In this document: positions 22,528-30,576 of the stretch, one piece after another
Position numbering within the stretch: position 1 is the first letter of the stretch
Layout: the number at the start of each line of letters is the position of its first letter
From: Candidatus Paceibacter sp.
GTDB taxonomy: Bacteria; Patescibacteriota; Minisyncoccia; UBA6257; HR35
DNA length: 39,752 nt
Direction of reading: 5' to 3'
Assembly: GCA_023255765.1 (NCBI GenBank)
Contig: JAGDVT010000004.1
Span: 1-39,752, forward strand
Program-made: the position numbers and the translations under genes
Notes under the pieces: model-generated
What the model saw: only the letters and a program-made list of their open reading frames with translations
Told to the model about the DNA's origin: nothing
Databases searched by the model: none

Positions 22528-23640
22528 ATGGATAAGATAGATCTTATTACGAAAAATTTAGAAGAAGTTTTAACAAAAGAAGATTTGATTAATTTAGTTA
22601 ATAATAAAAATAGATTAGTTCATTATATAGGCTTTGAAATTTCTGGTTATCTTCATTTGGGTACTGGAATTATGTCTATGCTAAAAGTTTCAGATCTACA
22701 AAAAGCAGGAGTGCGATGCCAAATATTTTTAGCAGATTGGCATAGTTATATTAATAATAAGCTTAATGAAGATTTAAGTACGATCAGAAAAATAGCTGTA
22801 GGTTATTATAAGGAGGGTTTTAAAGTATGTTTAGATACACTAGGAGGAAATTCTCAAAAAATAGATTTTATATTAGGAAGCGAGCTTTATCATAATAATG
22901 ATAAGTACTGGTTAACATTTATAGAAATAGCTAAAAACACAAATCTGGCTAGAGTTCAAAGAAGTATTGATATTATGGGAAGAAAAGAAAAAGATGTTAT
23001 AGATTTTGCTAAACTTTGTTATCCTATTATGCAAGTAGCAGATATATTTTTATTAAAAGCAAATATAGTTCATGCTGGTTTAGATCAAAGAAAGGCTCAT
23101 GTAATTGCACGCGATGTAGCTTTAAATTTATCGTTCTCTCCTTTATTAGATAATAAAAAAAGAAAAATAAAGCCCATCGCTATTCATCATCATATTCTTT
23201 TAGGATTACAAAAACCACCAAAATTCCCTATTTCAAAAGAAGAAATAAGAGAAATGGTCATAGACTTAAAAATGAGCAAATCTAAACCTGAAACCTGCAT
23301 ATTCATTCATGATTCTCCAGAAGAAATAGAAAATAAAATCTTAAAAGCATTTTGTCCTCCTAATGAAATAGAATATAATCCACCATTAGATTGGATTTAT
23401 TGGCTAATATTGCCAGCTAAAAAAGAAATTAAAATTAAAACTAGCTCAGGTGCTAAAATTTACAAAGAAAATAAAAAAGAGGAGTTGCTTTTTGACTATA
23501 AAAATGGGTTAATTCATCCTTTAGACTTAAAAGAGGCTTTAATAAAGGAACTTACTTCAATTTTAGAGCCTATTTATAAACATTTCAATAAAGGAAGGGC
23601 TAAAAAATTAAAAGATGAACTAACAAAAATTAAAAAATGA
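22528..23640 (+). CDS. tyrS: Tyrosine--tRNA ligase, archaeal/eukaryal type
   Basis: YIGFEISGYLHLG, FLADWHS.IN.K, YPIMQVADI, AGLDQRKAH, KMSKSKP, KAFCP, IHPLDLK; 370 aa with no bacterial S4-like C-terminal domain. Confidence 0.92.
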   Translation: MDKIDLITKNLEEVLTKEDLINLVNNKNRLVHYIGFEISGYLHLGTGIMSMLKVSDLQKAGVRCQIFLADWHSYINNKLNEDLSTIRKIAVGYYKEGFKVCLDTLGGNSQKIDFILGSELYHNNDKYWLTFIEIAKNTNLARVQRSIDIMGRKEKDVIDFAKLCYPIMQVADIFLLKANIVHAGLDQRKAHVIARDVALNLSFSPLLDNKKRKIKPIAIHHHILLGLQKPPKFPISKEEIREMVIDLKMSKSKPETCIFIHDSPEEIENKILKAFCPPNEIEYNPPLDWIYWLILPAKKEIKIKTSSGAKIYKENKKEELLFDYKNGLIHPLDLKEALIKELTSILEPIYKHFNKGRAKKLKDELTKIKK

Positions 23641-24611
23641 AAAGAGTTTTAACTGGTATAAAACCAAGCGGGGAGATACAATTGGGTAATTATCTGGGAA
23701 TGATTAAAGAAATTATTGATATGCAAAATAAATATGAAGTTCTACTGATGATAGCAGATCTGCATGCTCAAACTGTTCCTTATAATCCTAAAAGATTAAA
23801 AATTTTAACATATGATTTGGCTAAATCTTTAATTGCTTTAGGTATAAATCCTAAAAAGACAATATTATTTAAACAATCTGATGTCCCTGCCCATTTATAT
23901 CTCTCTTGGGTTTTGACTTGCATTTCACCCTTAGGAGATTTAATGAGAATGCATGAATTTAAAGAACAATCTGAAAGATACAAAAAAGAAGGAGTGGGAG
24001 CTGGAATACTTTTATACCCGGTTTTAATGGCTGCAGACATTTTGATATATAACGCAGATATAGTGCCAGTAGGAGAAGATCAAAGACAGCATTTAGAGCT
24101 TACTAGAGAGCTAGCAAGAAGATTTAATGCTAGATTTGGTAAATTTTTTAAAATACCTGAAATATATATCCAAAAAGAGACTGCAAAGATTATGAGCTTG
24201 AATGACCCAAATAAAAAAATGTCGAAATCTATTCCGGAGGGATGTTTAGAAATTTTTGATTCAGAGAAAAATATAAAAGAAAAAATATTAAAAGCAGTCA
24301 CGGATTCAGGAAATGAAGTAAAATATGATCCTATAAATAAACCTGCTATTTCTAATTTAATGACTATTTATAAATATTTAACAAAAAAAAGCTATAGTGA
24401 AATTGAAGAAGAGTTTAAAGGTAAAGGATATTATGAATTTAAACTAAGAATTATTGAGGCATTTTTTGATTACTTTAAAGAAGCAAGAAATATTAAAAAA
24501 CAAATAAAAAATAAAGATATAGAAAAAATTTTAAAAGATGGAGCTAACAAAGCAAATAAGATTGCAAATAAAAATTTGAATATTATACTTAAGAAGGTTG
24601 GATTAAGGTAA
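23637..24611 (+). CDS. trpS: Tryptophan--tRNA ligase (bacterial type)
   Basis: LTGIKPSGEIQLGNY, IADLHA, YPVLMAADIL, VPVGEDQRQHLEL, KMSKS, KAVTDS. Confidence 0.96.
   Translation: MKRVLTGIKPSGEIQLGNYLGMIKEIIDMQNKYEVLLMIADLHAQTVPYNPKRLKILTYDLAKSLIALGINPKKTILFKQSDVPAHLYLSWVLTCISPLGDLMRMHEFKEQSERYKKEGVGAGILLYPVLMAADILIYNADIVPVGEDQRQHLELTRELARRFNARFGKFFKIPEIYIQKETAKIMSLNDPNKKMSKSIPEGCLEIFDSEKNIKEKILKAVTDSGNEVKYDPINKPAISNLMTIYKYLTKKSYSEIEEEFKGKGYYEFKLRIIEAFFDYFKEARNIKKQIKNKDIEKILKDGANKANKIANKNLNIILKKVGLR
24549..24599 (+). repeat. 51-bp exact direct repeat, copy 1 (within the trpS 3' end)
   Basis: AAAGCAAATAAGATTGCAAATAAAAATTTGAATATTATACTTAAGAAGGTT, identical to 24845-24895. Confidence 0.93.
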
Positions 24612-24844
24612 GAATAACTTTCTAAACAATTTGACAAATAAAATTATAGATTAAAAAAAGGCAAGTAAAATAGACATTTTTAAGATTCATTTAAGGGAGT
24701 GCTTGTTTTTAATTTGCTAAATTTTGTTTTAATATTATCTTATTAATATAAACTGTTGCTTTTATTGGAATTTTCAAATAACATCCTTAAAAATAAATAT
24801 CCAAAAACACCCTTAAAATCTATATTTTAATATATACCTTTAAT

Positions 24845-24895
24845 AAAGCAAATAAGATTGCAAATAAAAATTTGAATATTATACTTAAGAAGGTT
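24845..24895 (+). repeat. 51-bp exact direct repeat, copy 2 (abutting the efp stop)
   Basis: Identical to 24549-24599, offset 296 bp; extends to 55 bp with one mismatch. Confidence 0.93.
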
Positions 24896-25457
24896 AAGTT
24901 ATCTCTTTTGCTCTTTCTACATATTCTCCTTTCTCTGTATTTATAACTATATAATCACCTTCTTTAATAAAAAGAGGTACATTTATTTCTGCTCCAGTTT
25001 CTATTGTTACTGCTTTATAATTAGATTTTTCTGAATCACCTTTTAAGCCAGGTGGTGCGTATATTACTTTATAAACAGCTTTTATTGGCAATTCAATATT
25101 AATCAATTTATCATCGTAAAATAAGCCAATTATTGGTAGATCTTTTTTAATAAATTTAGCTTTTTCTCCTAATTCTTCTATAGACAATTCGAATTTTCTA
25201 TTTTTCTCATCCATAAAATAATATTTATTTTGTTTGCTATATAAAAATTTAATTTGTTTTTTCTCTACTTCTAATTCTTCTAATTCTTCTTCAGGATTTA
25301 AGATTTTGCTAATTACACTATTATTTTTTATATTTTTAAGCTGGAATTCAATTTCTGCCTTACCTCTCCCTCTATGAGCATGGGTTATTTTAATTATTCT
25401 CCAAATATTTCCATCTATTGTTACTATATCACCTACTTTAAAATATTTTGCTTTCAT
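24894..25457 (-). CDS. efp: Translation elongation factor P
   Basis: KOW-like N-terminus, IELPIKAVYKV, PPGLKGDS, K.VTIETGAEINVPLFIKEGDYIVINTEKGEYVER. Confidence 0.94.
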   Translation of the reverse strand: MKAKYFKVGDIVTIDGNIWRIIKITHAHRGRGKAEIEFQLKNIKNNSVISKILNPEEELEELEVEKKQIKFLYSKQNKYYFMDEKNRKFELSIEELGEKAKFIKKDLPIIGLFYDDKLINIELPIKAVYKVIYAPPGLKGDSEKSNYKAVTIETGAEINVPLFIKEGDYIVINTEKGEYVERAKEIT

Positions 25458-25458
25458 T

Positions 25459-26964
25459 TTATTCTGATTTTAATTTTTTTAATAAATTTTCTAAAACATC
25501 TATTTCTTTTTCTTCCTTATGGGGGTTTGATTTTTTAAAAGAGACTTCCAAATTTTTAGAAACTAATTCAGAAATTTTTACTCCTTCTTTATATTTTTCT
25601 TGACATTCATAACAAACATCAGTTTCAGAATTTTTATCTCTCCAAAACATTTCTCCACAATATTTACACTCTACTAATTCTTGATTTTCTGCCTCAGTAG
25701 CTTCTTTATATTTTTTAAATATTTTACTTTCAACCAATTTTCTATTTTTAGAATATTTTATCCTAGATAGTCTTATTATTTCCTCTTCGTAAGATATTTC
25801 TGGTATTTGTCTAGGAGGAAAGGTTTTTGCCAGAAAAGGCGGTACAGGAGAACCATCTACTAATATTTTTGCATAAATATGGTATTTTGGTAAATTGATA
25901 AATTCATAAGCTTTTATATCAACAAATTCTTTTTCTAATCTTTCAGCATCTAGACTACCTGTTTTAAAAATTAATAAATTACCAACATTCCCAAAAACAG
26001 CTTTTAATATAGATTCTGGTACTTGATCCAAATATTGGTGTGATAATATTAGATTTAATCTATATTTTCTTGCTTCAGATAATATATTAACAAAAGATTC
26101 TGTTGCAAAATTTTGAAACTCATCGATATATAAATAAAAATCCCTTCTTTCTTCTTCGGGTATATCAACTCTACTCATAGCTGCTAATTGAAACTTTGTT
26201 ATCAAAAGACCACCTAATAACATTGAATTTTCTTCTCCCAGCTTACCTTTTGATAAATTTCCTATAAATATTTTTCCTTTATCCATAATTTCTCTTAAAT
26301 CAAAAGAGCTTTTTTCTTGTCCTATTATGTTTCTTATTAAAGGACTAGCAATAAATTGACCAACTTTATTTTGAATTGGAGCTATTGCTTCTACCCTAAA
26401 AGATGTATGATACCTAGCAAATTCTTTTTCCCAGAAAGCTTTAACTACAGGATCTCTTAAATTATCTACAACCATTTTTCTAAATTGTTCATCTCCTAAC
26501 ATTCTATTAATATCTAGTAATGTAGTATTAGGATATTCTAATAATGCAAGTAAAGTATTCATTAGAATATATTCCATTCTGGCAGACCAAGCATCTACCC
26601 ATATTTTTTTAAATACAGATAGTATACTTGATGCTACAATATGCCTTTGTTCAAAGTCTACATTTTCTAAAGGATTAAAACCGATAGGGTATTCTATATC
26701 AGATGGGTCGAAATAGATTACATCTTCTAATCTTTCTTTGGGTATAAACTTTAAAATTCTTAATATACTATCTCCGTGTGGATCTAGATATCCTAAGCCT
26801 TGATTTGTATTAATATCATAAAAAATCATATTTTCAATTAACGTAGTTTTACCACTCCCAGTTTTACCCAAAATATAAACATGCCTTCTTCTATCTTCTT
26901 TCTTTATACCAAAATTTACTTCCCTATCTCTAAAATATGCTTTTCCTATAGGTAATATATCCAT
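25459..26964 (-). CDS. VirD4/TrwB/HerA-like P-loop ATPase (T4SS coupling-protein-like) with C-terminal zinc ribbon
   Basis: DRRRHVYILGKTGSGKT (Walker A), LDPHGD, GFNPLE, LYIDEFQNF (Walker B), LSEARKYRLNLILSHQ, C-terminal CKYC-x14-CYEC; no N-terminal TM segment. Confidence 0.85.
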   Translation of the reverse strand: MDILPIGKAYFRDREVNFGIKKEDRRRHVYILGKTGSGKTTLIENMIFYDINTNQGLGYLDPHGDSILRILKFIPKERLEDVIYFDPSDIEYPIGFNPLENVDFEQRHIVASSILSVFKKIWVDAWSARMEYILMNTLLALLEYPNTTLLDINRMLGDEQFRKMVVDNLRDPVVKAFWEKEFARYHTSFRVEAIAPIQNKVGQFIASPLIRNIIGQEKSSFDLREIMDKGKIFIGNLSKGKLGEENSMLLGGLLITKFQLAAMSRVDIPEEERRDFYLYIDEFQNFATESFVNILSEARKYRLNLILSHQYLDQVPESILKAVFGNVGNLLIFKTGSLDAERLEKEFVDIKAYEFINLPKYHIYAKILVDGSPVPPFLAKTFPPRQIPEISYEEEIIRLSRIKYSKNRKLVESKIFKKYKEATEAENQELVECKYCGEMFWRDKNSETDVCYECQEKYKEGVKISELVSKNLEVSFKKSNPHKEEKEIDVLENLLKKLKSE

Positions 26965-26967
26965 TTT

Positions 26968-27246
26968 TTATTTATTTAAATTTTTAAATTTCTTATCATA
27001 ATTCACCCAAGATTCATAAACTTCTGGGTATTTTTCTTTTAAATAATCTAAAATAAAATTTCGTAATTCTTGTGAATCGATTAATTCTTTATCTTCACAA
27101 AACTCTAAAGCTATTCTACTTACATCCTCAACTACTTTAAATACCTCTTCTATTCCTGCATCTTTAGCTGCTTTTTCTATAGAAATTTTTATTTTTTCTG
27201 GGTTAAATTCTTCTTCGTATCCTTTTCTTTTTAAAACTTTTTTCAT
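26968..27246 (-). CDS. Stand-alone ATP-cone domain protein
   Basis: KVLKRKGYEEEFNPEKIKISIEKA..IDSQELRNFILDYL..Y, the ATP-cone pattern; no NrdR zinc ribbon. Confidence 0.85.
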   Translation of the reverse strand: MKKVLKRKGYEEEFNPEKIKISIEKAAKDAGIEEVFKVVEDVSRIALEFCEDKELIDSQELRNFILDYLKEKYPEVYESWVNYDKKFKNLNK

Positions 27247-27284
27247 TAAAAATTATTATAAAAGAATATTTACAAAATTTAAAA

Positions 27285-27572
27285 TTATTCAAAAATAGGT
27301 ATTTTATAACCACTTTCCAATTTTACATATGCTTTTTTGAATTTAGGTCTAGTTGAAGGAATTCTACTTCTACCTCTTTTTCTTTTGGGATAATTAATAG
27401 TTCTTACCTCTTTTACCTTGACATTAAAAATTTTTTCAATATGTTTTTTTATTTCAATTTTATTCAAAAAATTTGGTCTAATTTTAAAAACATATGTATT
27501 CTGATTTTCTGCCAACTTTTTGGTTTTTTCAGAAATTATAGGTAAAATTTCAATTTTCTCCATAATTTGCAT
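27285..27572 (-). CDS. rplW: 50S ribosomal protein L23
   Basis: PIISEKT, YVFKI, NKIEIKKHIEKIFNVKVKEVRT, KKAYVKL; start likely ATG 27572 (or 27563). Confidence 0.95.
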   Translation of the reverse strand: MQIMEKIEILPIISEKTKKLAENQNTYVFKIRPNFLNKIEIKKHIEKIFNVKVKEVRTINYPKRKRGRSRIPSTRPKFKKAYVKLESGYKIPIFE

Positions 27573-27573
27573 T

Positions 27574-28221
27574 TTATTTTGCAAAAGTATTTAATATGAC
27601 ATCTAAGCTTTTTGGTTCTAAAAATATATATTTATGATTCAAAAGTGAAAGCAAATTTAAATTTCTTGCTTCAATTGCATCTGCATAAGGGAGGTTTCTT
27701 ATAGATTTTATCAACATTTTATCATTTTCAGGAATAATGAGCAATGCTGATTCATATTTTTTTTCTGTTTTTCTCGGTTCCAAAAAATTTATTAAATACT
27801 TATGTATAAGTTTAGTTTTATATTCTTCTGGTTTTAAGCTTTCTAAAAATCTCGCATAATTATTTTTAATTTTATCTGCCAAAACCATTAAGATTGCTTT
27901 TCTTCTCATCTTTTTTGTAATTTTAATTTGTCTTACCTTTTCTTTTCGAGGTCCAAAAGTAATTCCTCCTCCTACAAATATAGGAGACCTTATAGAACCA
28001 TGTCTTGCTCTACCTGTATGCTTCTGAGGCCAAGGTTTTCTTCCACCACCCCTAACTTCTCCTCTTGTTTTTGTATGAGCATAAGGATAATAAGTATTAA
28101 GGATTTGCCATCTCATCACTTGATGAATTAAAGGTATATTTTTATCTAATTTTTCCAATATTTCTGGAATTTCTATTTCTCCTATTATTTCTCCTTTTTG
28201 ATTATATAAAGGTACTTTCAT
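27574..28221 (-). CDS. rplD: 50S ribosomal protein L4
   Basis: TKTRGEVRGGGRKPWPQKHTGRARHGSIRSPIFVGGGITFGP. Confidence 0.97.
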   Translation of the reverse strand: MKVPLYNQKGEIIGEIEIPEILEKLDKNIPLIHQVMRWQILNTYYPYAHTKTRGEVRGGGRKPWPQKHTGRARHGSIRSPIFVGGGITFGPRKEKVRQIKITKKMRRKAILMVLADKIKNNYARFLESLKPEEYKTKLIHKYLINFLEPRKTEKKYESALLIIPENDKMLIKSIRNLPYADAIEARNLNLLSLLNHKYIFLEPKSLDVILNTFAK

Positions 28222-28230
28222 TTTTAAAAT

Positions 28231-28878
28231 TTATTTAACATTTATTAATTTTCCTTTGTTTGTTAGATTTGCACTTCTTATTTCTAATATAGAACCTCTT
28301 CTTCCAGGTACACTTCCTTTAACTGCTATTAAATTATTTTCTTTATCTACATATATTATTTCTAAATTTTTAACCGTAACCCTTTTATTACCTTCTCTAC
28401 CTGCCATTTTAAGACCTTTAATCACCCTTTGAGGAGTAGTGGCACCTATTGAACCAGGATGTCTATATTTAGTTGTTTGCCCATGTGTTCTTGGTGCATC
28501 TCTAAATCCCCATCTTCCAACAACACCTAAAAATCCTTTACCTTTACTTATTCCTGTAATATTTACTTTTTCTCCTTCCTCAAATATGCTCGCATCTATT
28601 ATATCTCCTATTTTTAAATTATTTGAAGGATTTTCTGGTAATCTAAATTCTCTTAAAATAGAAAATTTACCAAGATTATGTACTTGACCTAAAACAGGCT
28701 TATTTACTTTCTTCTTTTCCCCATATCCTAATTGAACAGCATTATACTTATTTTTTTCTTCTGTGATAACATTAGTTACAACACAGGGGCCAGCGCTTAT
28801 CAAAGTAACTGGAATTGCAGTATCATCTTTAAATATAGTTGTCATGCCTATTTTTTTCCCTAAAATGAATTTATACAT
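28231..28878 (-). CDS. rplC: 50S ribosomal protein L3
   Basis: LGKKIGMT, PVTLI, GISKGKGF.GV, HG..RHPGSIG, VKGSVPG. Confidence 0.97.
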   Translation of the reverse strand: MYKFILGKKIGMTTIFKDDTAIPVTLISAGPCVVTNVITEEKNKYNAVQLGYGEKKKVNKPVLGQVHNLGKFSILREFRLPENPSNNLKIGDIIDASIFEEGEKVNITGISKGKGFLGVVGRWGFRDAPRTHGQTTKYRHPGSIGATTPQRVIKGLKMAGREGNKRVTVKNLEIIYVDKENNLIAVKGSVPGRRGSILEIRSANLTNKGKLINVK

Positions 28879-28941
28879 AAATTTAAAAAAACCTTTAATT
28901 GAGGATTAAATTTGTGAATTAAGACTTTATTATTTATAATT

Positions 28942-29268
28942 TTAAACTAGTTTTAGCTCTATTTCAACTCCAGCAGGAAGGTCTAAATAAGAGAAAAGTT
29001 CTATTATTCTTTGTGAGGGATTTAAAACATCAATTAATCTTTTGTGAATTCTAAGTTCAAATTGTTCTCTAGAGTCTTTATATATAAAAGGGGACCTATT
29101 TACAGTAAATTTCTTTATTTCTGTAGGCAAAGGAATAGGACCTTTAATTTGCATTCCTTCTTTTAAAAGAAGATCAACAAGTTGCTTAGCATATTTATCT
29201 ATTAATCTATGATCATAAGATTTCAATCTTATTCTCAATCTTTGTTCTACTTTTTGCTTAGTTGACAT
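28942..29268 (-). CDS. rpsJ: 30S ribosomal protein S10
   Basis: RIRLKSYDHRLID, GPIPLPT, RSP...KDSREQFELRIHKRLID. Confidence 0.97.
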   Translation of the reverse strand: MSTKQKVEQRLRIRLKSYDHRLIDKYAKQLVDLLLKEGMQIKGPIPLPTEIKKFTVNRSPFIYKDSREQFELRIHKRLIDVLNPSQRIIELFSYLDLPAGVEIELKLV

Positions 29269-29304
29269 TATGTGTGCAAATAAATTTTAATTTCTAAATT
29301 ATAA

Positions 29305-30504
29305 TCATTTTATAATCTTTGTAACTACTCCTGCTCCTACAGTTCTACCTCCTTCTCTTATAGCAAACCTTAATCCCTCTTCTAAAGCTATTGGATATAT
29401 TAATTTTACTCTAAATGTTGCATTATCACCCGGCATTACTGCTTCAATGCCTTCTGGTAAAAATATTTCTCCAGTAACATCTGTAGTCCTAAAGTAAAAT
29501 TGTGGTTTATAACCTGTGTGGAAGGGAGTGTGTCTACCTCCTTCTTCTGGTGTTAAAACATATACTTCTGCTTCAAATTCTGTATGAGGAGTTATTGTAC
29601 CTGGTTTTGCTACAACCATTCCTCTTTCAACTTCCTCTTTAGCAATACCTCTTAAAAGTAAACCTACATTATCTCCTGGATGAGCTTCATCTAAATCTTT
29701 ATGAAACATTTGAATTCCTGTAACTACAGTTTTTAATGGCTTCTCTCTCAAACCAACAATTTCTACCTCTTCATTAAGCTTTAATATACCTCTTTCCACT
29801 CTTCCTGTAACTACTGTTCCTCTACCTTGAATAGAAAAAACGTCTTCTATTGGCATCAAGAAAGGTTTATCTACGTCTCTAACAGGTTCTGGGATATAAT
29901 TATCTAAAGCTTCTAGTAATTCAAGAATAGGCTTTGCCCATTCATCATCTAAACTTTTAGCTTCTAAAGCCTTCAATGCTGACCCTTTTATAACAGGAAC
30001 TTCATCTCCTGGATATCCATATTTTTTAAGTTCATTTCTTACGTCCTCTTCGACCAATTCTATAAGTTCCTTATCTGGTACTAAATCTATTTTGTTTATA
30101 AATACAACAATTGCTGGTACATTAACTTGTCTTGCTAAAAGTATATGTTCTCTTGTTTGAGCCATAACACCATCATTTGCTGCTACAACTAAAATAGCAC
30201 CATCCATTTGAGCTGCACCTATAATCATATTTTTTACATAGTCTGCATGCCCTGGGCAGTCAATATGTGCATAGTGTCTTTTTTCTGTTTCATATTCTGA
30301 GTGATGGATATTAATAGTGATGCCTCTTGCTTTTTCTTCTGGTGCGTTATCAATTTCTTCTACTGATTCTGCTTTTTCTATAAGACCTTTTAATTTTAAA
30401 ATATATTGTATAGCTGCTGTCAAAGTAGTTTTACCGTGATCTATATGACCAATTGTACCTACATTAATATGGGGTTTAACTCTTTCAAATTTTGCTGCTG
30501 CCAT
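29305..30504 (-). CDS. tuf: Elongation factor Tu
   Basis: [39 protein letters not shown]. Confidence 0.99.
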   Translation of the reverse strand: MAAAKFERVKPHINVGTIGHIDHGKTTLTAAIQYILKLKGLIEKAESVEEIDNAPEEKARGITINIHHSEYETEKRHYAHIDCPGHADYVKNMIIGAAQMDGAILVVAANDGVMAQTREHILLARQVNVPAIVVFINKIDLVPDKELIELVEEDVRNELKKYGYPGDEVPVIKGSALKALEAKSLDDEWAKPILELLEALDNYIPEPVRDVDKPFLMPIEDVFSIQGRGTVVTGRVERGILKLNEEVEIVGLREKPLKTVVTGIQMFHKDLDEAHPGDNVGLLLRGIAKEEVERGMVVAKPGTITPHTEFEAEVYVLTPEEGGRHTPFHTGYKPQFYFRTTDVTGEIFLPEGIEAVMPGDNATFRVKLIYPIALEEGLRFAIREGGRTVGAGVVTKIIK

Positions 30505-30531
30505 TTTTATTCAATTTGTGATAATTTAAAA

Positions 30532-30576
30532 TCGACCTTTTAGTTAAATTTTAATCTATATTTGTTTAAAAGTCAA
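30532..30576 (-). promoter_or_regulatory. tuf promoter TTGACT-17-TAAAAT with AAAGGTCGA leader motif
   Basis: -35 at 30571-30576 (inside the rpoC 3' end), -10 at 30548-30553, motif hexamer at 30532-30537. Confidence 0.68.

Noticed and set aside
24612..24844. Possible oriC, dif site, ncRNA or small ORFs (e.g. minus-strand MNLKNVYFTCLFLIYNFICQIV) in the trpS-efp gap
   Set aside because: No DnaA boxes, no recognizable XerC/D arms, no stable GC stem, and ORFs too short to support.
24549..24895. Direct repeat as a CRISPR array
   Set aside because: Only two copies, a 245-bp spacer, one copy is coding sequence, and no cas genes.
25459..26964. ATPase as evidence of a conjugative element or a HerA defence island
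   Set aside because: No relaxase, VirB, integrase, nuclease or Sir2 partner; flanked by core genes of similar composition.
28879..28941. AAAGGT in the rplC leader as a fifth copy of the GGTCGA motif
   Set aside because: Lacks the CGA half and lies closer to the ATG than the four real copies.
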